Made by a program: the position numbers and the translations under genes. Below, one piece after another: positions 1 to 12,215 of a DNA stretch of 64,000 nt; within the stretch, counting starts at the first letter, position 1, and each line of letters opens with the position of its first letter. The notes under the pieces were generated by a model. That model was not told where the DNA came from. It ran no database searches and saw nothing but the letters and a program-made list of their open reading frames with translations. Source of the DNA: Octopus bimaculoides (lineage: Eukaryota); contig NC_068995.1 of the NCBI RefSeq assembly GCF_001194135.2, positions 23,584,613 to 23,648,612 on the forward strand, in the 5' to 3' direction.

Positions 1-322
1 TTGAAAGGCCCCACACATCCTTTCGGGTTCGAGCAGACTACATCCCTGTTCATCGATTAGAGACCGAATGGTGGCTCTGTTACCGCGTTGCGCCTCCGCC
101 ACCCGGGCTTCTCGCGCAGCTTCGATCCCTTCGTTCCTTAAGGCACGCATTTTAGCTCTGACGATGCAACCTTCGTGTTTGGCGTTGAGGTGTTGGTCGA
201 GGGCCATCCTCGCAGCCAAAACGTTGGTTGCGCTGCCAGTTGTAAGTGCCTCTTCTAGTTTCTTAACTAAGTCTCCCTCTACTCTATTTCGATCTATCGC
301 TAGTTCTTTACTAAACCTAATA
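1..322 (-). mobile_element. Tx1/L1-like non-LTR retrotransposon ORF2 fragment (endonuclease-RT linker)
   Basis: Minus frame is open for about 107 codons to the window edge: SIRFSKELAIDRNRVERDLVKKLEEAL...QHLNAKHEGCIVRAKMRALRNEG...TIRSLIDEQG. This resembles the Tx1-type linker. It ends at a (GATA)n run. Confidence 0.7.
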
Positions 323-351
323 GATAGATAGATAGGTAGATAGATAGATAT
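320..351. repeat. (GATA)n microsatellite
   Basis: Directly visible tandem GATA/GGTA units. Confidence 0.9.
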
Positions 352-1129
352 AAGAGTTACGGAATGGAGTACGAAAAATCCGGGCTATATATGTTTCATA
401 GCGAGTGGAACCTCAGAACTAGTAAAATTCAAATGTGGTGTATACTGCCGGCTACTCTCCAGTCCAAGGATATCTTGATTAGATTAAAGGCTACATTGTC
501 GCAAAGAGGCACATGTTGATACAAAGAGTGTTCACTCAGAATGTGTGCAGGGCAAAGTGTGTGAAGAGAATATGAATGTAGGGAGAAATAAGTATTAGAA
601 GGGAAGAAATAAGAGAAAGAATAAATAAATACATAAATGAATAAAATAAAATAGACTATAGGGGAGTGAGAGGAAGGAGGAATTGGGCAGGTCAGTAGTA
701 GATAATATAGTAGTTTAGCTTAATCACAGAATTTAATGGTGGGTTTGGCATTTGAAGAGAAAAATAATTGGAGAGGAGGAAGTGGGGAAAGTGCGTATGA
801 ATAAAGCAAGGTAGGGAGAGGAATTTAAGCATGGCTATTGGTTGTTTGTAGACAAGAGATTTCTATACTGATTGATTAAATCTTGACTAGCAGAATATGA
901 GGAGATCCGGTAGGACATTATCTACTAATCAAAATTGATTCGATCAATATGTTGAATACTACAATTATTCCCTACAACGTGCCGGGTATAAACACTCAAT
1001 TGAATATATACACATGTAGGACATTCCTATCTCAGCTAAACCCAGAGCAAAAAATAGTTTCCAACTTCCATATTATAAACGTAAACACCCTACCCCCCGC
1101 CAATATTCACCCAAATATTGGAGTAGAAA

Positions 1130-2215
1130 ACGATCTAACAACCAAACTAGCCACCAGATAACTTCTAATACTACATACACCGCAACCCACCAGAACAGAC
1201 ACCAACACACACAGCCAAAACCGTATGCGCCATAATCGGATTAAATGAACTAGAACCCGTGACGTTATCTGGACCCCCCTCCCATTGCTCTTAACGCCCA
1301 GACTCAAGTAACCAAATGCTTCTTCGCCCTACTCGAAAAACATTTCCCTAATCTAATCTCCTTAGAAAAATATTTAACCACCCCCAATCTATAAAATTGT
1401 TCTGCTCCACCACCACCACCATTGCCGGAGTCATCCGAAATCTTAACAAGAAACTCTGAAATCCACCAACGGCTAACCTCCACCTCAGTAAATTAATTCA
1501 ACATAACCCTCAGCTACACACATATAAACCCAAAGCACCAACTAATCCCCTTAATAAAACTAACCTTCGTAACTACAACTATAATTCCAATGCTAACACC
1601 CGACACTTAAACGTACCACAACACCCAAATATACCTCCTGTCATGGTAGAGAACATCCCAGAGAATACCATCGGACACAATAATTACCATATTATACAAC
1701 CCAATACCACCACATTCAACTCCTTATCAAATGATAACCTTAGAACCAACTATAATAAGGAACCGAACACCGATTCTTCACTATATAACAATTTCCTCAC
1801 AATTTCATCCGGAAAATCCCCTACAATCCTATGCGGCTGTCTCACGATAAACATAGTTTATAAGTGCACAGTATCAACTAAGAACTGTAATTACATTTAC
1901 ATCGGCTCATGTAGCACCACCTTCAAAGCTAGCGTGAGCAATCACTACTCTAGCTTCAAATCCCAAACAAAATCTAACAATACATTATCTCAACTTATCA
2001 GCAAACTAACGCTAGGTTCAATTCCTTACACTCTCAAATGGTCTATTGTTATCCACGCCAAACCTTACAGCAGGTATAGCAACAAGTGTGGACTACGCAT
2101 AGCCAAACGTCATGGCTATTTTACAATCCACTGTCTGTCTCATTGAACGCAGCAGTATGATATTCATCTGCAGACATCGGGTACTAAATCTATTCTCAAA
2201 ATACAAACAATTACA
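1130..2215 (+). mobile_element. Penelope-like element remnant, lineage 1 (RT thumb to GIY-YIG endonuclease, frameshifted)
   Basis: Stitched frames give RDVIW..PP..LNAQTQVTKCFFALLEKHFP..LRKIFN..SIKLFCST..IAGVIRNLNKKL, an Asn/Thr-rich linker, then CLTINIVYKCTV..YIYIGSCSTTFKASVSNHYSSFK...LSQLI...YTLKWSIVIHAKPY...MAILQS...SMIFICRHR. These are GIY-YIG/PLE-type motifs. Confidence 0.75.
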
Positions 2216-2465
2216 AAACAACCCGCTCTTGGCCTCCCTAACTCTCAAATGTATTTTCCCACTCATCGACTCTCACTACCGTTTTGTATCAAACAACAAT
2301 ATTTTTCTCCTCTTTTAATTCTTTGATCGTCAATTAGGTTTCTCTCCGTATTTTTACTTACTACCTAGGATATTTCCTCTCTTTATATTTCTACTAACTA
2401 CCCGTCCTACACCGTCCACCCATAAAATCACAAATATATACGCCTACGATCTCCTCCACCACTTC

Positions 2466-2747
2466 ATATATATATATGTATATATATATATANNNNNNNN
2501 NNNNNNNNNNNNNNNNNNNNNNNNNNNNNNNNNNNNNNNNNNNNNNNNNNNNNNNNNNNNNNNNNNNNNNNNNNNNNNNNNNNNNNNNNNNNNNNNNNNN
2601 NNNNNNNNNNNNNNNNNNNNNNNNNNNNNNNNNNNNNNNNNNNNNNNNNNNNNNNNNNNNNNNNNNNNNNNNNNNNNNNNNNNNNNNNNNNNNNNNNNNN
2701 NNNNNNNNNNNNNNNNNNNNNNNNNNNNNNNNNNNNNNNNNNNNNNN

Positions 2748-2825
<78 letters not shown>
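2466..2825. repeat. (TA)n/(GATA)n microsatellite spanning an assembly gap
   Basis: TA repeats on both sides of the N run, followed by GATA repeats. Confidence 0.9.
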
Positions 2826-2899
2826 TTTTTGTACCAATTTATACCTCTTGACATATGCATATATATATACGTATGTATTTCTGCATGTATATGTGTGAA

Positions 2900-3075
2900 C
2901 CTCCTCATGTTCGGTTATGACTGCTTGACAAAAGGTTTGTCGAGTTTAAGTCGCTACAACTTACCTTTGCAGCAAAGATAGCTCTATAAGTTAATTACTA
3001 TGCCTGAAATAGTTGCCGCCGATTAGTGTATCGGCATGGCTGCATTCTAACCATTGAAGCAAGTACAAAGAATAA
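2900..3075 (+). mobile_element. Highly degraded SINE 3' portion
   Basis: The end cggcatggctgcattctaaccattgaagcaagtacaaagaataaa resembles the family II SINE tail cagcatggccgcagtcaaatgactgaaacaagtaaaagaataaa seen elsewhere in the window. Confidence 0.3.
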
Positions 3076-3080
3076 ATGTA

Positions 3081-3083
<3 letters not shown>

Positions 3084-3115
<32 letters not shown>

Positions 3116-3162
3116 NNNNNNNNNNTAGCAGACTCTCAGGGAAGAAAATATGTGTGTGTGTG

Positions 3163-3210
<48 letters not shown>
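3084..3210. repeat. (CA)n and (TG)n microsatellites
   Basis: Directly visible, separated by a short gap and spacer. Confidence 0.9.
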
Positions 3211-3212
<2 letters not shown>

Positions 3213-4321
3213 CAAAAATTTATTGTACCTCAATAACTTCTACATCTTTCATACGATTTCTTTAAAATGTTATACACAGATGCTTCATATCCCAGACCCG
3301 AAGATAGGCTACTTAGCTTTTAAAAATGCGATATTTGGGCTTCTAGGGTGATGGGAAACCAACAATAGATGATTCGTATTCGTTTGCAATAATCAGCTGT
3401 TTTATAATCTATGTCTATTTATTTTTACTGTCCACCAATGCCTGTGGTTAAATTGACTGGGAACACTGAACGCATAAATTTCCAAAATTCTCAACCGATT
3501 TTACCAAAATATACACACACATTACTTCTTTCCCAAGGATGGTCATGTTGCTCAGAACTCCGCATAAATGGACCTAAATGGACATAGTTTTCTTGTATGT
3601 AGGTTCTTTCATACTTTTTAAATCTTTGTTATAAAACTGAAAGGATTTTGTCTATTTATTTATTTCGACTGCCCACCAGCCACTAGGAACACTGTACGCG
3701 ATGAATATCCAATACCAAACAATTTTAATCTTCATATTTAAACTGCATTAAACTTTGGCAAGCTAACCTTTACCTATTCCGAGTTACTTGAAAGGTGATA
3801 TTCCCTTCCCTCTCTTCTATCTGTTGATACATTTGTTTACCCACCAATGCCTTGTTTCACTGTAAGGATGTTCATTTACCCATCCGTTATGATATTTCGA
3901 CTGTTGTCCATTGTTTCACATACGGTTTAGCACTGTCGTTCTAGCCTTTCTTAAACAATCACTTCTGATTCATCTCAAAGAATCAACCTTTAAATAAGAG
4001 TTTTGCTTCCATTACCGAAAGCTATACGTATCTTTCAGAAAGCTCCATACCAATTTAACTTAATGCGGCATTTGCTGTTAGTATGTGCGCAGTCTTTATG
4101 GTTAAGACAGACTAAAGTTGCTTTCGTTAGCTTATTTTTCCGAAAAAATAACTCCCTTTACTGTTGAAAAAAATAAACTCGTAGCGGGGGGAGAAGATTC
4201 AACGGCTTCCTTTAATTTCATTACACCATTTATATGGCTGTTTTTGACAAGAAATTTCGCTCTCATGTAAAACAACTACATTTTGTAGTCATTATCCGTA
4301 ATCTACTCCCAAAACACTTCA

Positions 4322-4417
4322 GTAGACCTACTTTGCATCGCTTGCAACGTTCGGTAGACCTACTTTGCATCGCTTGCAACGTTAAGTAGACCTACTTTGC
4401 ATCGCTTGCAACGTTCT
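4322..4417. repeat. 3 x 32-bp tandem repeat
   Basis: GTAGACCTACTTTGCATCGCTTGCAACGTT (30 nt identical) plus 2 variable nt (CG/AA/CT), starting at 4322, 4354 and 4386. Confidence 0.95.
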
Positions 4418-5310
4418 ATGTGCAGCAACCTCCACAATAACCAGCCTTCAATTTGATTTTCCGTTCCTAGGTTAATCGGAAACATAAATTGCCGTGCTAC
4501 TCACAAACCTTCTCAGTAGTTCAATTATTTGGTGAAAAAAAATACCACCAAAGTAATTTAAACCGTCCAGAGGATGGCTGCCTATGCTAGTATATATATG
4601 TGTGGTGGGTAGTCATACGGGAAGTTGTATGTAGTGTAGTACAGACAGAGAATGATACTGCTGAAGGGGAGAATCTCATATTCTCTTTTGTCTTCTATGG
4701 AGATATTTTTTATTATAAGAGTGAAAAGAGCATACAGATTATGGCATATAATTTTTTTTATCATTATTCTTTTATATTATCACAGGAGCCGTGTATGGTT
4801 TCATTTTCTTCTCTTCTGGAATCTTCAGCATAGCATAACTTGAGATTTTCAAATCATTTTATCGAAGGTAATTTGTAAACTAAAACGAAAGTAACATTGC
4901 GAAGAGATTTTTATTTTCTCTATTTTTTCTTATCATAATGGAGAGAAGGAGGTAACAAAGAAGCAGAGAGAGAAAAGCCTCTTTTAGAATATGTTGCATT
5001 TTTTTTTTGTTTTTCTATATAGATTCAGCATCAATTTGCTTTGCGCAATAGTCCTTTATTTAGCTACAATTACTATTTTCGCTACGGTCAGAGACGGAAG
5101 CCACACATTGTTTTCCTCGGGTACAAATACAGAATTTCTAGCTGTATTCTCATTTATACATAGACTGTCAGGATGATTAAGAATCATAGTCCTTTTCACC
5201 CATCTTGCTATGGCATTTTGCCATCAATTTTAGTTCACTGAATTTTTTATATATATTTATACAATTCCCTTGATTCAATAACACTACGTATAAACTCTGT
5301 ATTTGGAACG

Positions 5311-5430
5311 ACCAATTTCAAAGACTGTTGGATTTTACTCATAGGGTATTGGAATCTTAATAATGGATTTACAAATGCAATGACCAATCTTAAAGACTAC
5401 TGGATTTTGCTCACAAGGTATTGGAATCTT
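5311..5430. repeat. Imperfect 72-bp-period duplication
   Basis: accaatttcaaagactgttggattttactcatagggtattggaatctta at 5311 recurs, diverged, at 5383. Confidence 0.75.
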
Positions 5431-5517
5431 ATATGTATACCATTCTGCCTAAACAATGCATTCACTCTCTATTTCCTATCTTATGTAAACTAACTATTGC
5501 TTAACCATCCTCTCACA

Positions 5518-5568
5518 CCGTCTCCGTTGAAGGGATATAATAAATATCCTGGAAATAGCTGAAAAACG
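5518..5568 (+). ncRNA. Degenerate minimal hammerhead motif, family B (in a repeat shared with 47.2 kb)
   Basis: ccgtct CCGTTGA A GGGATAT aataa ATATCCT G GAAA TAGCTGA A aaacg. Homologous to 47203-47249, with core and stem III mutated. Confidence 0.5.
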
Positions 5569-5754
5569 TTCTATTTATAAATGTTCTAAAATATACACAG
5601 CCTTGGTTTTTTTATCTCATTACGAAAAGTAAATCCTTATNNNNNNNNNNNNNNNNNNNNNNNNNNNNNNNNNNNNNNNNNNNNNNNNNNNNNNNNNNNN
5701 NNNNNNNNNNNNNNNNNNNNNNNNNNNNNNNNNNNNNNNNNTATATATATATAT

Positions 5755-6658
5755 TCTCAGTTGGCATGTTATGGCTTTCGAGGCCATTTCGAGGCCATTT
5801 CGAGTCTTCTCTTTTCAGCTATATATAGAAGCTGGCCTTTTCGACTGCCTCCTGTATCCACCTTATTAGATTTCTCAGCTCCGCGCTCGAAACTCCAAAT
5901 CGTCTTTTAAATAGCATCAAATGAAGCCTCTCACTCCCACTGCCAAGTGATAATACTCGACTGCCCACCCCTGTTCCCTGCACTCTTCTATTAATCCTTC
6001 ATACTTCCTCTCCTTCCGTCGCTCTGCCTTAGCGATGTTCTCTTCCCACGGCACTGTCAGTTCTATCAAAATTCCAATTTTCCGTTCTGTATTCCAAAGG
6101 ATTGAGTCAGGTCTTTTTGTTGTTATTATGAGTAGGAATATTACTTTTCTTACCAAATCCGCGACCAGATCCCGGCATCCTTTCCATCTTTCATCCGTCT
6201 CGTATACTTTGCTTTTCTGGGCCTGGTCTCATGTCCTTTACCCTCCTTCTGCAAGTATATCCTTCCGCGCTGTTTCATTTTCGGGTAGTCTCCCCTATTG
6301 TATTCCTCGATCTTCTCCCTGAGTGCTGTGCTTATAAAACCAGAGATTTGGTTGTAACGCCATGTATATCTATCTGTTTAGTGCCAGCCTGCAGTTTGAC
6401 AGGACATGTCTCATCGTCGCTTTCTCTCCGCATTTACATTCATCAGCCGTTTGTATGTTCCACCGGGCTAAGTTGGCCGGTGGCGGCAAAGCGGCGAAGG
6501 CAGACTTGATGAGAAAGGATGTTGTTGCTTGTTCCCGAACCCAAAGTTATTTCCATGTGATTTTGCGGTTGACCATATATTCCTCCCATCTTAGGCACTG
6601 TCCCTGTTGACTACACTGCAGCAAATGCACATTTCGTCTTTCTTTTTCCTCTTTGAGA
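5755..6658 (-). mobile_element. HERO-like (R2 group, RLE-type) non-LTR retrotransposon 3' fragment
   Basis: QQGQCLRWE..NRKITWK*LW...SFLIKSAFAALPPPANLARW..ECKCGEKATMRHVLSNC (CCHC knuckle), YTWRYNQ (frameshift from a GATA duplication), and REL domain TTKRPD..LW..ILIELTVPWEENI..RKERKY..GW..VGVRGF. Confidence 0.85.
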
Positions 6659-6850
6659 CCATTCCGTCCCAAGTCATCATAAATAGCATTATTTTAACTT
6701 TATATCCATTCATCTGTATAATTTCTTTAGCAAGTCTATTATACATTTGTATTTTTGTCATTTCGACTTCGTTCAGTTTTTTTTTCTTTTTTGTGGATGG
6801 TATTCCAATTTCGATTATTATTGTTTCTTTTCTTTCGTGGTCGAGTAATT
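6659..6850 (-). mobile_element. Second RLE-type LINE fragment (R4/Dong-like REL domain)
   Basis: Open minus frame LLDHERKETIIIEIGIPS...LNEVEMTKIQMYNRLAKE...KVKIMLFMMTWDGMVS, matching the IE.G...E..K..Y..LA.E...MTWDG REL pattern. Confidence 0.6.
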
Positions 6851-7325
6851 TAGTCGGGACCTGTCAGACAATCGAAAATGTCTGAGCAGGCTTTTCAGAC
6901 TTTTGTACCTCTTCTCCTGTCAGATACCCCCACGCAATCGAAACGTCCATCTAAGACAGCGTTCCAATCCCCTACTAATACTAAAGACCGAGGCGTTCAC
7001 AGGAAAACCTGCAGATGCTTGAAATAATCAAACCATCCGGCTCCTGTCGGAGCATAGTCAGCCACTAGTCTGAAAGCACCGCTGTCACTGATGTTCACAT
7101 GTAGGACCATCCACTTACCTTCTGGATCCAGGAAGGCTGACTTTATTTTCAAATCCAGACCCTTCCGGAAAAGCAACACAGTACCACCAGCACCCCATCC
7201 AAGCCGACATGGAGATAGAAAACTCACCGGAAAAGGTAATGAGGCAAGGTGGGTCGGATAGTCTGGATTCACTAATGGCTGCAACATCTATACTAAGAGA
7301 CCTCAGGTCGTTTAAACGAGCCAAC
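6845..7325 (-). mobile_element. Tx1-like LINE APE endonuclease fragment
   Basis: ARLNDLRSLSIDVAAISESRL / GAGGTVLLFRKGLDLKIKSAFLDPEGK..VN..GAFRLVADYAP / SLVLVGDWNAVLDGRFD / FRLSDR, with frameshifts. Confidence 0.85.
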
Positions 7326-7329
7326 AACA

Positions 7330-8170
7330 TTTAGAAAATTAATTTTCGAAGTGTTGTATGTTTCTTGCTTCAGTTTTTAAATTTGTATGAGTGGTGGTGG
7401 TGCCTTGTGTGTTGGGAAGACAAAGTTTGCCGCTGTGGTGTCTGTGCTTTCTCTAATGTATGTAACCAGGTGTATATTGTCGGTGTCGATGGCTGTTAGG
7501 TTGGTGGTGTTTGTGCAGTCTGTTTGTGTTGTGCACTGTGTTGGTGTTTGAGGTGGTAGTGCCGGTGGAGGTAGTGTTGTTGTTGGTTGTTGAGTGTGGT
7601 GTTGCTGCTGTTGGGAAGTTCTTCCTGTTTGTGCCTCCCCATATTTTCTTCTACTTTTTTTTTCTTTTTTATGTGGAACTGTTTCTCACTCCCCCTCTCG
7701 ACCTCAGTACTCGAACAGTCCGAGGCGTTTTGGTCGGGAAGGGAGATTTTCTCTGGCACTTCGTTTTTCTGGGGTTCATTTGTTGCTGCTGCTACTGATG
7801 CAGTAGCTGTTGGTGGTTTTGTTACTGCACTGGTGGTAGTGGTACCCCGGCAGGTGGTGCTGGTGGGAGTACTCCCACTCGTGGTGGTACTCCGACTGGT
7901 GGTAGTGGTACTCCCACTGGTGCTTTTGTTGTTGGTGCCCTAGCTATGGCTGAAGGTGGCGTCGCTGTTGCTGTTGCTGGTTGCTATAGCTTTTAAACAT
8001 TTTACCTTGAATGCATGGTTGTGTATATCTGTGAATAATTACACATTCATTAAATATTCCCTCTTCACCAACTTGTTTCCCATAACCCTATCAGTTTGCT
8101 GGTCACCGACCAATATACGTTTTGGAAAACAAAAAGCAATATATGGAAACAGCACAGCATTGGCACCTGC
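7330..8170 (-). mobile_element. Probable LINE ORF1-like remnant (Ser/Thr-rich low complexity with a basic patch)
   Basis: Long minus frame GTNNKSTSGSTTTT...EKQFHIKKKKKVEE directly upstream of the Tx1 APE fragment; possible decayed zinc knuckle near 8100. Family assignment is weak. Confidence 0.35.
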
Positions 8171-8299
8171 TTAGATCCAAGTGATCCCTCAATGATTTCA
8201 CTGATCCTTCGCTAATACAAAAGTTTAAGAGCATTATCATCCCAGCTTTTAAATGTATCCGCGATTTCATTGTTTTCTTATGGTTTAGATAAAAACAAT

Positions 8300-8500
8300 G
8301 CGTCTTTGTTATATTTTTGACTCTATTATTTCTTGTAGTCCGGCTTCAGTGCTGGAATTTAGAGCAGTATCATCTGCATATCTTAGATTGGAAACATGCA
8401 AGCCATGTATTATAATGCTATCCTCTTCCTGTATTCCTTCTCGATTATCCAGTCAGTAACTGGGCTAAAAACAATGTATAAACAATAAGCAAGATCCATA
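8300..8500 (-). mobile_element. RTE-like LINE reverse transcriptase fragment
   Basis: EEDSIIIHGLHVSNLRYADDTALNSSTEAGLQEII, a YADD motif in RTE context. Confidence 0.75.
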
Positions 8501-9263
8501 GATGTCAACACAGACAAACACATGCGCGTACGCACACATGTGTGTATATTTATGAATATATATGTGTGTGATGTATGTGTATATAAATACATAGTATTTT
8601 CTGCATAAGAAATGTACAGTACATGAACGCGCGAATTCTTAAGCGTATACATGACACTTATATATACGTAAATATTACAATAGCTTTAGAAAGAGACATG
8701 TATTTTGATGTATTATAGATGACTGTTTAAATATTTACGTATTTCTCTGTTATCAGGAGGTTTGCTGTTACGATAACATCCATATCTAAATAGTGTAACA
8801 CTTGCAACTGGAAATTCTATTATTAACTTCCTGATTAGTCCTCGAAATTGAATATTCATACAAATAAAAACATTAACAAAAACAATATGAAATTATAGAA
8901 AGGCCAGTTTCTTCTATATTTTCACCCCTCAGCAATACATAATAACTGATTCTTAATAAGATAGTGATAAATAATTTCTTTCATAAAATATTTATGATGT
9001 TTTCAATGAAACCTTACTCTTATCCATTACACGTGAAATTAGGTCTGGTTTAATTATTTAGTAGTTACAGAGTAGTTTCTAATACGAAAGGCAGCCACGC
9101 AAATGTACACAAATGCATAAAACACAAACTTTCAATTCAGCATAAGGATAAACATCGACACAACACAGGTAGAGAATCATACACACACAAATAGCATAGT
9201 TATGTGTGCACATATGTGGGTGTGTGTATGCATATGTGTATGTGTATTTTTGTATGTGTGTGT

Positions 9264-9380
9264 ATGGTAAGAAGCTTGCTTCCTAATCGTATGCCTCCAG
9301 GTTCAATCCCATTGCATGGCACCTTGGGCAAGTGTCTTCTACAATAGGCTCGGGCCGACCAAAGAAGCCCGTCGCATATC
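9264..9380 (+). mobile_element. SINE family II, 5' part with internal deletion
   Basis: tggtaagaagcttgcttcc...ggttcaatcccattgcatggcaccttgggcaagtgtcttcta...gggccgaccaaagaagcccgtcg, matching the 20431-20841 copy. Confidence 0.8.
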
Positions 9381-10642
9381 AATATATATATATAGATAGA
9401 TCTTCATGCGATTTTTGTATATATCTAAACTTATCGACAGCAAACTCCTAGTGTGAACGTACAACAGTACGTTCTGAGTTCAGATCTTCCTGATATCACT
9501 TCTACATTTAATCCCTTTAAGAGTGATAAAACTAGTAGTAATTTTACGCGAAAGATTGGTAAAACTGTAAGAACACCGTACCGGTTTCTTTTCAGTAACT
9601 GTCTCGTCTCTCTGCAGTCTGAGTTCAAACTCAGAATGCATAGCCAAATTGGGTGATAAGCCTAACTGACTGCCTATCTAAAAAACACTACTGGCATTTT
9701 GAGTAATTTCCGCTTCGTGCAAATTTTTCAATGTGGGGGTGCATTTCCTCTTACACCCCATTGGTATTGGACACCATGTGAGGAGTCATGGAGAATGTAT
9801 AAAAGATAAAAATATACATATAGCGCAAAGCAGAATTGTCACATAAACAAACTTCTAAATTAATTTAACTATGTTTATGTAATACTTAACCTGTAATGAA
9901 ACCGATTTCAAGGGGGATTGATTGCCATGGAGAAAATTTTCGCTTTTGGCAACCAGAGCTAAAACGCCAACAGTCATCTCAGGGTGCCCTCTAGTAATCG
10001 ATAAATGCATTTTTAGCTATTTGACTGTCATCAGTATCGGGAACTACAGGAGTGACTTTGACAGCTATAGATTCCTTTAAAGAAAATCAATAAAACTATT
10101 TAATGATTACGTGCGATAAGACGCCATGCTCGAGTAAATTATATTGCATGAAGCTAAGTAGTGTCGTACAATAAACTAAACACTCTTTAGTGCGTTAACA
10201 AAACTTTGTTTCAATGCTAAACGATAGAACAGAATATAGAGACAGGATTTTAGGCAACATTCCACATATAGAATGACGTAGTCTGAAAAAGAGCAATTGC
10301 GAAGATATTAAGCCAAGTTAGTTGCGTGCAATATTGTCCAAAAGTATTGAAAGAAAACATTTTTAATGTTCTAATAATTTATGACTCACGGTAGCTTCAT
10401 AGAAAGCATCATATATGCAAACGTGTCAATCAAAATTGTATTTAATCCATAATAATATTGAGTTTATAAGGTGTGACTTTGTAGAGAGTTACAAATACAC
10501 TCAACTACCGATGACCTCGCTCATAGGAGATATCGTATACGAAGAAAGGTTTTGACATGTGTGAATATAGTGCTGGTTAAAGCTTTATAGATATCATAAT
10601 ATAGACAAGAAATGTTCACATGTATACATGCATAGAACTATA

Positions 10643-12184
10643 NNNNNNNNNNNNNNNNNNNNNNNNNNNNNNNNNNNNNNNNNNNNNNNNNNNNNNNNNN
10701 NNNNNNNNNNNNNNNNNNNNNNNNNNNNNNNNNNNNNNNNNNNNNNNNNNNNNNNNNNNNNNNNNNNNNNNNNNNNNNNNNNNNNNNNNNNNNNNNNNNN
10801 NNNNNNNNNNNNNNNNNNNNNNNNNNNNNNNNNNNNNNNNNNNNNNNNNNNNNNNNNNNNNNNNNNNNNNNNNNNNNNNNNNNNNNNNNNNNNNNNNNNN
10901 NNNNNNNNNNNNNNNNNNNNNNNNNNNNNNNNNNNNNNNNNNNNNNNNNNNNNNNNNNNNNNNNNNNNNNNNNNNNNNNNNNNNNNNNNNNNNNNNNNNN
11001 NNNNNNNNNNNNNNNNNNNNNNNNNNNNNNNNNNNNNNNNNNNNNNNNNNNNNNNNNNNNNNNNNNNNNNNNNNNNNNNNNNNNNNNNNNNNNNNNNNNN
11101 NNNNNNNNNNNNNNNNNNNNNNNNNNNNNNNNNNNNNNNNNNNNNNNNNNNNNNNNNNNNNNNNNNNNNNNNNNNNNNNNNNNNNNNNNNNNNNNNNNNN
11201 NNNNNNNNNNNNNNNNNNNNNNNNNNNNNNNNNNNNNNNNNNNNNNNNNNNNNNNNNNNNNNNNNNNNNNNNNNNNNNNNNNNNNNNNNNNNNNNNNNNN
11301 NNNNNNNNNNNNNNNNNNNNNNNNNNNNNNNNNNNNNNNNNNNNNNNNNNNNNNNNNNNNNNNNNNNNNNNNNNNNNNNNNNNNNNNNNNNNNNNNNNNN
11401 NNNNNNNNNNNNNNNNNNNNNNNNNNNNNNNNNNNNNNNNNNNNNNNNNNNNNNNNNNNNNNNNNNNNNNNNNNNNNNNNNNNNNNNNNNNNNNNNNNNN
11501 NNNNNNNNNNNNNNNNNNNNNNNNNNNNNNNNNNNNNNNNNNNNNNNNNNNNAAACATATATATATAACTAATATATATATATATATATATATATTTATT
11601 TATATATATATGGTAGAATTTACGAAAATAACAACAGACGAGGACAGGTGGTGTAACCAACAAACGGATGTATTAGTTAAACGCTCGGGAATAGAGAAAG
11701 TCTTTAACGTTTCGAGCTAAGCTCTTCAACAGAAAGAATAAGGAGAAAAGGAAGGAGAAAAACACGGAGAAAAAAATTTGAACGTTGTGGTCAGCGATCT
11801 ATCATGGCGACTGCCGGACAGAAAGTTCACATATGAGAGCTAAGAAAAAGGGGAGATAACAAAAGGGGAAAGAAACGGTGACCCAAATACAAGAAGCTGT
11901 GTGTTTGTGTGTGTGTGAGAGAGAGAGAATGCTGGTGATCTTAACGTATGTATGTNNNNNNNNNNGTATACCCCTTCGTCAGTTGTCCCTGTCTCAACTA
12001 CTCCTCGTTTCGAAGGCAAGGACAATACGCGACTTCGTTGAGACAGTTCTTCCCGCAAAGCAAATTAAATAAAATTTGGGATTTTTGTGGAGAGTGAAAG
12101 TGTTAACAAGAACAGGACAGTGAGAACAAGACAGTAAAAACAAACGGTGAGGGCTGTAGAGCCAAGACGATAGAAATTATACAC

Positions 12185-12215
<31 letters not shown>

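Noticed and set aside
381-425. Minus-strand CTGAGG...GAAACATAT motif as a hammerhead
   Set aside because: No stem II, incomplete core and no stem I pairing.
1643-2146. Functional host GIY-YIG nuclease gene
   Set aside because: It is frameshifted before the terminal CRH motif and upstream thumb motifs are broken; it is a PLE remnant.
4322-4417. CRISPR array
   Set aside because: Units are directly adjacent with only 2 variable nt, there are no spacers, and the context is eukaryotic.
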